64,000 bases of DNA from Parcubacteria group bacterium (GTDB lineage Bacteria > Patescibacteriota > Minisyncoccia > Phycocordibacterales > UBA2135): contig JACQLQ010000001.1 of assembly GCA_016204045.1 (NCBI GenBank), forward strand, positions 106,766 to 170,765, written 5' to 3'. How positions within the stretch are numbered: position 1 is the first letter of the stretch; each line of letters starts with the position of its first letter. Of the stretch, positions 55,398-64,000 are shown one piece after another. The translations under genes and the position numbers were made by a program. The notes below the pieces were generated by a model, which was given only the letters and a program-made list of their open reading frames with translations, was not told the origin of the DNA and did no database searches.

Positions 55398-57542
55398 ATG
55401 CAACGCGACTATCCTCTTGAACGAGTTAGAAACTTCGGAATTATCGCACACATTGACGCAGGAAAAACCACCACATCGGAGCGGGTCCTTTTTTATACAG
55501 GGATGACGCACAAGATTGGTGAGGTGCACGAGGGAGATACTGTTACTGACTGGATGGAACAAGAGCGCGAGCGTGGCATTACCATCACAGCCGCCGCTAT
55601 TACGTGTTTTTGGACGAAGACCGACGAGGCAGACAAGAGCATCAACAAGAAGTATCGTTTCAATATCATCGACACTCCCGGTCACATCGACTTTACCGCA
55701 GAAGTGAAGCGTTCTCTTCGTGTGCTGGACGGCGCCGTCGTCGTCTTCGACGGAGTGGCGGGCGTTGAGCCACAATCAGAAACAAACTGGCGTTATGCAG
55801 ACGAAGCGCAGGTGCCCCGTCTCTGTTTCATAAACAAACTCGACCGTACGGGAGCATCTTTCGAAAGATCCTACGCGAGCATTCTTGATCGTTTGAATAA
55901 AAACGCTATACGTATGCAGATTCCGATTGGCGAAGAGAGTGGTTTTGAGGGAGTTGTGGATCTCTTGAAGATGAAGGCATACCACTTTGTGGGGGAAATG
56001 GGGGCAAAAGTCGTTGAAGTCGAGATTCCAGAAAACCTCAAGGCCTCGGCAGAGAAGTTCCGACATGAGCTAGTCGAAAAGATTGCTGGAGAAAACGATG
56101 AGTTAATGAGCGCGTACCTCGAGGGCAAAGAAATTCCCATTGCTGATTTGAAAAAGGTGCTTCGCGAACTGGTTATTAAAAATAAGATTTTTCCAGTGTT
56201 TGTTGGTTCTGCACTTAAAAATAAAGGAGTGCAACTGGTGCTCGATGCCGTTGTCGATTATTTGCCAGGACCTCTCGACATCCCTGCGGTTGTTGGAACT
56301 GATCCGAAAACTGGAGAAAAAATTGAGCGTCACCCTTCCGACGAAGAGCCCTTTACCGCACTTGCTTTCAAATTACAAAGCGATCCGTTTGTTGGCCAGC
56401 TCACATTCTTCCGTGTGTATTCCGGTTCTGTTGAGGCGGGTTCATATATTTACAACTCCACAACTGGTGAAAAAGAGCGCCTCGGCCGTATCGTGCGTCT
56501 CCAGGCAAATGAACGTGAAGAGGTGAAAAAAGTTTTTGCCGGGGAAATTGCCGCAGCCGTCGGGCTCAAAGGCACAAAGACATCTCATACGCTTTGTGAT
56601 GAAAACAACCCTGTTGTTCTTGAAAAAATAGTATTTGCAGAGCCAGTTGTCTCCATGAAGGTTGAACCAAAAACAAAAGCCGACCAGGAACGTCTTGGTA
56701 TGGCGCTCTCGCGACTTGTTGATGAAGACCCGACATTTCGTGTTAAGACAGACACGGAAACACTTGAGACCATTATTTCCGGAATGGGCGAACTCCATTT
56801 GGAAATTCTCGTTGATCGCATGAAGCGCGAGTTTAAGGTCGAGGTAAATGTCGGCGCACCGCAGGTTGCATACCATGAGACAGTTACAACTCTTGCAGAA
56901 GCAGAGTCTAAATACATTCGTCAGACAGGTGGCCGTGGTCAATATGGTCACGTCAAGATTCGCGTTAAGCCGCTTGAGCCAATTGCAGAAGGCGAGAAGA
57001 TCCCAAAGAACGTGAAGCGAGGTGATCATTTCGAATTCGTCAACTCGATTAAGGGAGGTGTTGTTCCACAAGAATATATTGCACCAGTTGAAAAGGGTGT
57101 TAAAGAAGCCATGGAACGAGGCATTTTGGCAGGGTTCCCTGTAGTTGATGTGTCCGTCGATCTTTATGACGGGTCGTACCACGAAGTCGACTCTTCGGAG
57201 CTTGCCTTCAAGATTGCTGGATCCCTCGCATTCCAAGATGCTGCGAAACGCGCAAAGCCGGTACTCTTGGAGCCTATTATGAAGCTTGAGGTAATTGTGC
57301 CGAAGAAGTTCATGGGTGATGTGACTGGAAACTTGAACTCCAAACGAGGTCAGGTCACAGACATGGAGGAACGCGGGGAGCTTCAGGTCATCCACGCGCT
57401 CATTCCTCTTGCAGAAATGTTCGGCTATGTCACCACCCTCCGTTCTATGACCGAGGGCCGAGGCACATCCACGATGGAATTTGAGAAATATGAAATAGTG
57501 CCACGTCACGTTGCCGAGGAAATCATTGCAAAACGAGCGTAA
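55398..57542 (+). CDS. fusA: elongation factor G
   Basis: NFGIIAHIDAGKTTT G-domain and domains II-V. A terminator follows at 57553-57585. Confidence 0.95.
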   Translation: MQRDYPLERVRNFGIIAHIDAGKTTTSERVLFYTGMTHKIGEVHEGDTVTDWMEQERERGITITAAAITCFWTKTDEADKSINKKYRFNIIDTPGHIDFTAEVKRSLRVLDGAVVVFDGVAGVEPQSETNWRYADEAQVPRLCFINKLDRTGASFERSYASILDRLNKNAIRMQIPIGEESGFEGVVDLLKMKAYHFVGEMGAKVVEVEIPENLKASAEKFRHELVEKIAGENDELMSAYLEGKEIPIADLKKVLRELVIKNKIFPVFVGSALKNKGVQLVLDAVVDYLPGPLDIPAVVGTDPKTGEKIERHPSDEEPFTALAFKLQSDPFVGQLTFFRVYSGSVEAGSYIYNSTTGEKERLGRIVRLQANEREEVKKVFAGEIAAAVGLKGTKTSHTLCDENNPVVLEKIVFAEPVVSMKVEPKTKADQERLGMALSRLVDEDPTFRVKTDTETLETIISGMGELHLEILVDRMKREFKVEVNVGAPQVAYHETVTTLAEAESKYIRQTGGRGQYGHVKIRVKPLEPIAEGEKIPKNVKRGDHFEFVNSIKGGVVPQEYIAPVEKGVKEAMERGILAGFPVVDVSVDLYDGSYHEVDSSELAFKIAGSLAFQDAAKRAKPVLLEPIMKLEVIVPKKFMGDVTGNLNSKRGQVTDMEERGELQVIHALIPLAEMFGYVTTLRSMTEGRGTSTMEFEKYEIVPRHVAEEIIAKRA

Positions 57543-57684
57543 TAAAATAAGCACCAACAAAACCCGCCTGAAGGCGGGTTTTGTGTTAGCGGTCTTCGCG
57601 TAAGTGGGGAGCATATCTTGACTCGTATATTTATATGTGCTACTATTTTGCCGGAAGTACCAGGATTTGCCACAAGGGAGTTTC

Positions 57685-57996
57685 ATGGCAAAAGTGACAA
57701 AAAAAGATTGTGTTATGAACCTTTCTGCGTTGGGCGCGCTTGTACATGGCGAACCGGGCGAGAGTAAACAGGTGTTTGAGCAAAGGAAAGAAGCATTTAG
57801 GCGTAAGTTTTCGAGGCAACCAGCTAGAGTGCTTCGTAGAAAGGTGAGGGCCATAACAATACAGACGCTCTCAGATGATCCCGAAGAACAGAGAAAGCTT
57901 AGGCGTCTATCGACCCCGAGGCTTCGTGCAAAAGCATTGAGATTTGCACAAAGCGCTTTGAAGCAAAGTCAGGAGCGGGCTAATGGCCAGGTATAG
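57685..57996 (+). CDS. basic hypothetical protein (~103 aa) inserted between fusA and tuf
   Basis: Arg/Lys-rich. Overlaps the next ORF by 14 nt. Start taken at MAKVTKKD. Confidence 0.4.
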   Translation: MAKVTKKDCVMNLSALGALVHGEPGESKQVFEQRKEAFRRKFSRQPARVLRRKVRAITIQTLSDDPEEQRKLRRLSTPRLRAKALRFAQSALKQSQERANGQV

Positions 57997-58381
57997 TCCT
58001 GAACAAATCGAAACCTTACGTCAACTTCGCGCATCGCTTCTTTTGCTCTCTGGATACATGGAGAGTAAACCGTTTGGGACGTTTGGTTTAAGGCCATCCA
58101 GACGTAAGCACTTGCTCGAGTTCGTATTCGTACAGCCGCACGGTAATGAGGTGTTTAACACGGCGGCAGTCGTGCGCCTCTATCGGGGGAAGGTGCGTAT
58201 CCAGTTCTTTTACGCAAATACGTGGCCACGTATAGTAACAAGGGCTCTTGTGAAAGAATTTGGTGAACGCGTTCAATTTGCTGAAAAACCAATATGGGGG
58301 CATCGTGAGCTCCTCTCATCGGGGCCGGCAAGGACATGGAAGGAATATGCCGACCCCGAACAGATTAAGAGCTTCATTTAG
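57983..58381 (+). CDS. hypothetical protein (132 aa), translationally coupled to the preceding gene
   Basis: No motif. A terminator (ccgaggtttcccctcggttttt) follows. Confidence 0.4.
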   Translation: MARYSPEQIETLRQLRASLLLLSGYMESKPFGTFGLRPSRRKHLLEFVFVQPHGNEVFNTAAVVRLYRGKVRIQFFYANTWPRIVTRALVKEFGERVQFAEKPIWGHRELLSSGPARTWKEYADPEQIKSFI

Positions 58382-58443
58382 CTAATAAAGAGTACGCAAC
58401 CGAGGTTTCCCCTCGGTTTTTCTATTGAAATGATAGGGATTGA

Positions 58444-58565
58444 CCCCGATAGTGTTAGCGGACGTCTTATTGATTGTGGTGAGTAAAGATAAAGGGGTTG
58501 TGGAGCACCACAAAAGATGAGAAAACGGACTTAAATCCTGCATCCGCGTCCTAACACTATCGGGG
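58444..58565. repeat. inverted-repeat element, copy 2 (arms ccccgatagtgttag / ctaacactatcgggg flanking ~92 bp)
   Basis: 15-nt perfect inverted arms. The internal sequence is unrelated to copy 1 but also forms a hairpin (ttgtggtg...caccacaa). Confidence 0.55.
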
Positions 58566-58685
58566 TTGACTCTTTCTTGCAGTTTGCTATAGTGGTAGAA
58601 ATCGCAATCGGTGCGCGTTTTTCGTTTTGAAGGTAGCGCCGAATAAGCATTAATAAGTAATTAATTATTAGTAAAAAACATTTTT

Positions 58686-59879
58686 ATGGCAGAACAATTT
58701 AAGCGAGACAAGCCACACGTGAACGTCGGTACTATCGGCCACGTCGACCACGGTAAGACAACTCTCACCGCGGCTATTCTTCACGTCCTGAACCTTTTGG
58801 GACACAAGGTGAAGTTGCGTGGCGTTGACGAAATCGACAACGCACCAGAGGAAAGGGAGCGTGGTATTACTATTGCGCTTTCGCACAACGAATACGAGAC
58901 CGCAAAGCGCCACTACGCGCACATCGATGCTCCAGGACACGCAGACTACGTCAAGAACATGATCACGGGTGCTGCGCAAATGGACGGCGCCATACTTGTC
59001 GTTGCCGCGACTGACGGTGCAATGCCCCAGACACGTGAGCACATTCTCCTTGCAAAGCAGGTTGGTGTTCCAAAAATCATTATCTTCTTGAACAAATGCG
59101 ACATGGTAGACGACAAGGACATGATTGACCTTGTTGAAGAAGAAGTACGCGAGCTTTTGACAAAGTACGGTTACAACGGCAAAGAAGTGCCTGTAATCCG
59201 TGGTTCAGCACTCAAGGCTCTTGAGGCAACCTCCAAAGATGATGAATGGGTAAAGCGCATTGCTGAATTGGCAAACGCTCTTGATGAATACATCCCACAG
59301 CCGGATCGTGACCTCGACAAGCCATTTCTCATGCCTGTTGAAGACATCTTCTCCATTGAAGGTCGTGGTACAGTCGTTACGGGCCGTATCGAACGTGGCA
59401 GGATCAAGGTTGGTTCTGACATTGAAATCGTTGGTATTAAGCCAACAACAAAGACCACAGTCACAGGTATTGAAATGTTCAACAAGTCTCTTGACGAGGG
59501 TCAGGCAGGTGACAACGCAGGCATTCTCCTTCGAGGTAGCAAGAAAGAAGACATCACGCGTGGTCAAGTTCTTGCGGCTCCTGGTTCTGTTACACCTCAC
59601 ACAGAATTTGACGCAGAGATCTACGTTTTGACAAAAGAAGAAGGTGGTCGTCACACCCCGTTCTTCACGGGCTACAAGCCACAGTTCTACATTCGTACTA
59701 CAGACGTAACAGGCGAGGCCATGCTTCCTGAAAATGTGAAGATGGTTATGCCTGGTGACACAATTACTATCAAAGTGAAACTCATTGCTCCGGTTGCACT
59801 TGAGGAACAGCAACGCTTTGCCGTTCGCGAAGGTGGCAAGACCGTCGGTGCGGGAGTGGTAACCAAGATTACCGTATAA
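58686..59879 (+). CDS. tuf: elongation factor Tu
   Basis: [13 protein letters not shown] and DAPGHADY. 397 aa. Confidence 0.95.
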   Translation: MAEQFKRDKPHVNVGTIGHVDHGKTTLTAAILHVLNLLGHKVKLRGVDEIDNAPEERERGITIALSHNEYETAKRHYAHIDAPGHADYVKNMITGAAQMDGAILVVAATDGAMPQTREHILLAKQVGVPKIIIFLNKCDMVDDKDMIDLVEEEVRELLTKYGYNGKEVPVIRGSALKALEATSKDDEWVKRIAELANALDEYIPQPDRDLDKPFLMPVEDIFSIEGRGTVVTGRIERGRIKVGSDIEIVGIKPTTKTTVTGIEMFNKSLDEGQAGDNAGILLRGSKKEDITRGQVLAAPGSVTPHTEFDAEIYVLTKEEGGRHTPFFTGYKPQFYIRTTDVTGEAMLPENVKMVMPGDTITIKVKLIAPVALEEQQRFAVREGGKTVGAGVVTKITV

Positions 59880-59948
59880 GGCTCTAGGCCTTAGGCACTA
59901 GGCGCTAGGGCGGTGCCCCTAGCACCTAGACTTAAGTTCTCGAACACT

Positions 59949-60317
59949 ATGGCAACAGAAACAAAACAACCCAAAACAGCACGTCCTCGAAAGAAGAAAG
60001 AGGAAGCGCAAGTGCACCGCCTTCGCATACGCGTCATGGCATATGAAAACAAAGTGCTCGACGCAAGCGTGAAGCAAATCATTGACACCGCAATGCGCTA
60101 TGGAGCAGAGCTCCACGGGCCAGTGCCTCTTCCAACAGAAATCAAGAAATACACCGTTAACCGCTCAACGTTTGTGCACAAAAATGCCCGCGAACAGTTT
60201 GAGATGCGTATTCACAAACGACTGATTGATATTGTGAATCCATCACCGCAGGTGATTGAGTCATTAACCAATCTTACGCTGCCGTCAGGTGTTAATATCG
60301 ACGTCAAAATGATCTAA
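59949..60317 (+). CDS. rpsJ: 30S ribosomal protein S10 (with a short basic N-terminal extension)
   Basis: RIRVMAYENKVLD...GPVPLPT...NRSTFVHKNAREQFEMRIHKRLIDI. Confidence 0.9.
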   Translation: MATETKQPKTARPRKKKEEAQVHRLRIRVMAYENKVLDASVKQIIDTAMRYGAELHGPVPLPTEIKKYTVNRSTFVHKNAREQFEMRIHKRLIDIVNPSPQVIESLTNLTLPSGVNIDVKMI

Positions 60318-60318
60318 C

Positions 60319-60939
60319 ATGTCGTTCCTACTCGCAAAAAAACAGAATATGATTCAGTACTTTGACGAAGACGGGCGGGCATACCCCGCTACTGTTTTAG
60401 TTGTGGGACCAACGACAGTGCTGCAAGTCAAGAATGTTGAAACCGATGGTTACAACGCCGTACAAGTTGGCTTTGGTGAGCAGACCCACACACGCCTCTC
60501 AAAAGCGCAGAGAGGGCACTTCAAGAAATCGGGCACAAACCCACGCCATGTTAAGGAATTCCGCACACCTGAAGCCCCGACACAAGCTGTTGGTGAAGTG
60601 GTACGAGTCGCCGATGCTTTTAAGGTGGGTGAGCGTATTGTGGTCACCGGAGTTTCCAAAGGTAAGGGTTTCCAGGGTGTTGTTAAGCGGCATGGATTTG
60701 GCGGCGGACCTCGTTCTCATGGACAGAAACACTCGGAGCGCGAGCCCGGTTCTATTGGCGCTACGTGGCCCCAGCGTGTTATTAAGGGCATGAGAATGGC
60801 GGGCAGAATGGGGGGTGATCGCGTGACGGTAAAAGGCCTCAAGGTTTTGAGCATTGATGCAGAAAACAACCTTTTGGTAGTGAGCGGTGCAGTGCCAGGA
60901 AGGCGGGGCACACTCTTAGAAGTCAGGAGCACAAAGTAG
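60319..60939 (+). CDS. rplC: 50S ribosomal protein L3
   Basis: S10-operon order, GKGFQGVVKRHGF. Confidence 0.9.
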   Translation: MSFLLAKKQNMIQYFDEDGRAYPATVLVVGPTTVLQVKNVETDGYNAVQVGFGEQTHTRLSKAQRGHFKKSGTNPRHVKEFRTPEAPTQAVGEVVRVADAFKVGERIVVTGVSKGKGFQGVVKRHGFGGGPRSHGQKHSEREPGSIGATWPQRVIKGMRMAGRMGGDRVTVKGLKVLSIDAENNLLVVSGAVPGRRGTLLEVRSTK

Positions 60940-60962
60940 TGCCTTGAGTATCATGTAACAAA

Positions 60963-61640
60963 ATGGAATCATCAATTTACAACCAAAAAGGGGAGGAAGT
61001 CGGGAAGATCTCTCTGCCGGAGAGCATCTTTGCTTTGCCATGGAACGCCGATTTGGTGCATAGGGCTTTTGTTTCCTACACCGTTAACGACCGGATGTCG
61101 ATTGCGCATACGAAAAACCGAGCAGAAGTAGCTGGTGGAGGCAGGAAGCCATGGCGACAAAAAGGCACGGGTCGTGCACGGCACGGGTCAATCCGGTCGC
61201 CCTTATGGGTTGGGGGTGGTATTACGTTCGGGCCTCGCAGTGAGCGAGTGTATGAAGCAAAGATAAACAAGAAAGAAAAAACAAAGGCGCTCTACGTCGC
61301 GCTCTCTGAAAAGATGCGCCGGGGACAAATTTTCTTTGTCGACACACTCTCTTTTTCAGAACCAAAGACACGAGAGGCAAAAAATCTCCTCACAACACTC
61401 GGTACTGCGTTGGGGAATGATATGGGGGGCACTCGTACACATGGGGCGCTGTTTCTTACTGAGAAACATGAAGCAGCGCTGGCGCGCAGTTTTCGCAATA
61501 TTGGAAACGCAGAGATTAAGAATATTTCTGATGTGAATCTACCCGATGTTTTGCGCTCTAAGTATCTTGTCGTTGTCGATCCGAACAAAAGCCTCTCTAT
61601 ATTGGAGGGGAGGAAGCTACACCGTCGCGCAAATGCCTAA
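60963..61640 (+). CDS. rplD: 50S ribosomal protein L4
   Basis: S10-operon order, KPWRQKGTGRAR. Confidence 0.9.
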   Translation: MESSIYNQKGEEVGKISLPESIFALPWNADLVHRAFVSYTVNDRMSIAHTKNRAEVAGGGRKPWRQKGTGRARHGSIRSPLWVGGGITFGPRSERVYEAKINKKEKTKALYVALSEKMRRGQIFFVDTLSFSEPKTREAKNLLTTLGTALGNDMGGTRTHGALFLTEKHEAALARSFRNIGNAEIKNISDVNLPDVLRSKYLVVVDPNKSLSILEGRKLHRRANA

Positions 61641-61656
61641 TCATTAACTTCTATCC

Positions 61657-62136
61657 ATGGCTTTATTTGATTTATTCAAAAATAAGAAGAAAGGTAAGGG
61701 AGATGACGCGGTAACCGCGAAACCGGCTCGTGAGACAGCGACCGCTGAAACACGCGCGCGCGCAAAGCAATCGGGCACGAGTGCGGAGGCAAAAGAGAAA
61801 AAGCAAAACCGTGCGACGAAGGCAGCGGTAGCTAACACCCGTGATGCCGCAGAAGGTGGCGAAGTATACGCCCCGCTTATCTTGAAGCCATTTATCACAG
61901 AAAAATCTTCTTTTATGAGTGCCGACGGTGCATATGTTTTTGCAGTGAGTAATGACGCTACGAAAAACGAGATCAAAAAGGCCATCAAAGAAATGTACAA
62001 GGTTACTCCAAGGCGAGTAAACATTATGACCCAGACATCTAAGACCCGTTATCTTCGCGGTCGCATAGGTGTTCGCGCACGTCCCAAGAAGGCGATTGTC
62101 TTTTTGAAGAAGGGTGATAGAATCGAATTCGTGTAA
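61657..62136 (+). CDS. rplW: 50S ribosomal protein L23 with a ~60-aa Ala/Lys-rich N-terminal extension
   Basis: The C-terminal ~95 aa match L23 (LKPFITEKS...YVFAVSNDATKNEIKKAIKEMYKV). The N-terminal extension is low complexity. Confidence 0.8.
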   Translation: MALFDLFKNKKKGKGDDAVTAKPARETATAETRARAKQSGTSAEAKEKKQNRATKAAVANTRDAAEGGEVYAPLILKPFITEKSSFMSADGAYVFAVSNDATKNEIKKAIKEMYKVTPRRVNIMTQTSKTRYLRGRIGVRARPKKAIVFLKKGDRIEFV

Positions 62137-62147
62137 AACCTTAGTCT

Positions 62148-62996
62148 ATGAAGAAATTACGACCAACAACACCAGGGCAACGAGCCACCATTCTCCCCAG
62201 CTATAACGCTGTTTTGACTGCAAGCAAGCCTTTCAAGGCTCTTGTACGTGGCGGCAAAAGACATGGAGGTCGCGGCAATACTGGCCGTATCACAACCCGG
62301 CACAAAGGAGGTGGGCACAAGAGACGTCGTCGTCTTATTGATTTTCGTTTTGATAAAAAAGACATCCCTGCTCGCATCGAGACCATTGAGTACGACCCAG
62401 ACCGCAGCGCGTTTATCGCTCTCGTTCTTTACAATGACGGAGAACGCCGCTATATCCTCGCGCCAAAAGGTATGCGCCCCGGAGACGCGTTTATTGTTTC
62501 TAAGACCGCAGAGTTAAAGCCGGGCAACCGTACTGTTTTAGGAAATATTCCCGTTGGTACTTTTGTACACAATGTTGAGCTCCAACCAGACGGGGGTGGC
62601 AAAATCGCAAGATCGGCGGGAGGTTCTGCGCAAGTGATTGCACACGCAGGAGCGCACACGCAACTCAAAATGCCTTCAGGAGAAATACGCAAGGTTTCAC
62701 GTGTGGGATGGGCGACTTTGGGTGAGGTATCTCACGATGAGCACAAATTGCGAAGTCTCGGCAAGGCTGGGCGTTCGCGCTGGAAAGGTATTCGTCCGAC
62801 TGTTCGTGGCGTTGCCATGAACCCTGTTGACCACCCACACGGTGGTGGTGAAGCACACCACTCGATAGGGTTAAGATCAGGTCCCAAGACGCAACAAGGA
62901 AAGCGCGTTGGAGGAGTGAAGACTCGCCACGTCAAGAAGTATTCCCGCAACCTTATCATGCAAAGACGCAAGAATGCCCGCGAGCGTAGGCGCTAA
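62148..62996 (+). CDS. rplB: 50S ribosomal protein L2
   Basis: GRNNTGRITTRHKGGGHKR and VDHPHGGGEA. Confidence 0.95.
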   Translation: MKKLRPTTPGQRATILPSYNAVLTASKPFKALVRGGKRHGGRGNTGRITTRHKGGGHKRRRRLIDFRFDKKDIPARIETIEYDPDRSAFIALVLYNDGERRYILAPKGMRPGDAFIVSKTAELKPGNRTVLGNIPVGTFVHNVELQPDGGGKIARSAGGSAQVIAHAGAHTQLKMPSGEIRKVSRVGWATLGEVSHDEHKLRSLGKAGRSRWKGIRPTVRGVAMNPVDHPHGGGEAHHSIGLRSGPKTQQGKRVGGVKTRHVKKYSRNLIMQRRKNARERRR

Positions 62997-63142
62997 AACT
63001 CTTTCTTTTGTTTCTAGCATACTCACAAAATCACAAAACCAGGGTCCGGCTATAGCCGGACCCTGGTTTTGTATTGACTTTTACCTAGGCGTCATATAGG
63101 ATACCCTGAAGGCCCGCAAGGGCTCATTTTAACTGATTTGCT

Positions 63143-63490
63143 ATGGTGCGTTCATCCTATAAAGGTCCCTACGTTGACCCAAAGCTCATAAAGAAAGTTG
63201 AACAGCAGAAACCTCAGGGCGGGGTTATTAAGACATGGTCACGCGACAGCCAAATTGCACCCGAAATGGTCGGGTACACCTTTGGTGTTTACAACGGCAA
63301 AGAACACCTTCCAGTTCAGGTTACGGAAGAAATGGTGGGGCATCGTTTGGGTGAATTCTCGCCAACGAAGAAGTTCTTGCGGCACGGAGGCAAGATGCAG
63401 AAGGAGTTGGAACAGAAGAAGCGTGAGTCAGAGATTGCTGCGGCTGCAGCGGCGAAGGTTGAAAAAGCTCCTGCTGAGAAGAAGAAATAA
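63143..63490 (+). CDS. rpsS: 30S ribosomal protein S19 (with a Lys/Glu/Ala-rich C-terminal extension)
   Basis: [20 protein letters not shown]. Confidence 0.9.
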   Translation: MVRSSYKGPYVDPKLIKKVEQQKPQGGVIKTWSRDSQIAPEMVGYTFGVYNGKEHLPVQVTEEMVGHRLGEFSPTKKFLRHGGKMQKELEQKKRESEIAAAAAAKVEKAPAEKKK

Positions 63491-63501
63491 TCTAGAAAAC
63501 C

Positions 63502-63870
63502 ATGAAGGCCTTTTTACGAAACTATCGACAGTCACCAAGAAAAGTTCGGCTTCTCGCCGATCTTGTTCGTGGCAAGGAAGTTTCCGATGCTCTCGTTGTC
63601 TTGGAAGCGGCAGTGAAGCGTGGCGCGCTTCCCTTGCGAAAACTCTTGAGCTCAGCGATCGCTAACGCAAAAAAGAATAACGGCGCTAACGAAGGGGCGC
63701 TGTATATTAAGGAGATTCGTGTTGATGAAGGGCCGACAATGAAGCGTGGAATGCCTCGCGCATTTGGTCGTTCAGCGATTATTCGCAAGCGAACATCCCA
63801 TATCTCTCTTGTCCTTGGAGAAAAGATGCAAAAGGCAGAAACCAAACAACCCGCTACGTTAAAAAGTTAA
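63502..63870 (+). CDS. rplV: 50S ribosomal protein L22
   Basis: Position in the operon and the KRG..MPRAFGRSA L22 signature. Confidence 0.9.
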   Translation: MKAFLRNYRQSPRKVRLLADLVRGKEVSDALVVLEAAVKRGALPLRKLLSSAIANAKKNNGANEGALYIKEIRVDEGPTMKRGMPRAFGRSAIIRKRTSHISLVLGEKMQKAETKQPATLKS

Positions 63871-63882
63871 CAGCTTTATTTC

Positions 63883-64000
63883 ATGACACACGTCGTCCAT
63901 CCATACGCACACAGATTAGGCATACTCCGTGACTGGAAGTCGCGCTGGTTTAAAAGTGGTCCGCAGTATAGAGAGCAGTTGCGTGGCGACACACTCTTGC
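63883..64000 (+). CDS. rpsC: 30S ribosomal protein S3 (5' partial, runs off the window)
   Basis: MTHVVHPYAHRLGILRDWKSRWF is the S3 N-terminus. Confidence 0.8.
   Translation, partial: MTHVVHPYAHRLGILRDWKSRWFKSGPQYREQLRGDTLL

Noticed and set aside
56442-57854. 470-aa ORF on the minus strand
   Set aside because: It is entirely antisense to fusA. It has Cys/Phe/Leu-rich composition with no motifs, so it is a shadow ORF of a highly conserved gene.
59880-59945. CTAGG-rich palindromic stretch after tuf (ctaggccttaggcactaggcgctagggcggtgcccctagcacctag)
   Set aside because: It is most simply a terminator-like hairpin (gctaggg...ccctagc) between tuf and rpsJ. No further copies were seen.
1-64000. CRISPR arrays, diversity-generating retroelements, transposases and integrases
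   Set aside because: No evenly spaced direct repeats were found. No reverse-transcriptase, transposase or integrase catalytic-domain ORF is present in any frame.

Overview
The window reads as a compact bacterial genome of about 49% GC, dominated by housekeeping genes on both strands. The gene content (type IV pilus cluster, SWIB-domain protein, class I aldolase with an IMPase/FBPase, ribosomal proteins with extensions, rplA/rplJL/rpoBC missing from the secE-nusG-rplK neighbourhood) suggests a Patescibacteria/CPR-like or similarly reduced lineage; that is inference. Recognisable blocks are: three tRNA-Pro genes plus tRNA-Ala, tRNA-Val and tRNA-Gly; gluconeogenesis/glycolysis genes (ppsA, class I fba, IMPase/FBPase, tpiA, pgk); tig-clpP; rny, hup, ppa and nusA; a type IV pilus locus (pilB, pilC, three prepilin-like genes, a large pilus-associated protein) preceded by four secreted or lipoprotein genes; secE-nusG-rplK; a thymidylate block (thyA, dCMP deaminase, folA); argS and ileS; and the str operon (rpsL-rpsG-fusA-[two unknown genes]-tuf) running into the S10 operon (rpsJ, rplC, rplD, rplW, rplB, rpsS, rplV, rpsC partial). 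The most unusual items are: (1) two homologous structured RNA elements, each downstream of a tRNA gene, whose 5' end is antisense to that tRNA's T-arm/acceptor region and whose 3' end is a direct copy of the tRNA 3' end plus trailer; (2) an IleS with a complete histidine-phosphatase (PGAM-like, RHGxxxN) domain inserted in its catalytic core; (3) an indoleamine-2,3-dioxygenase-like gene directly after rplK where rplA-rplJL-rpoBC would normally sit; (4) an inverted-repeat element family (CCCGATAGTGTTA arms) and a recurring 17-nt promoter-proximal motif; (5) two short high-GC (~60%) single-gene islands encoding secreted or lipoprotein products; (6) two secreted proteins next to the pilus genes that share an extreme C-terminal P(G/E)FEEI tail.
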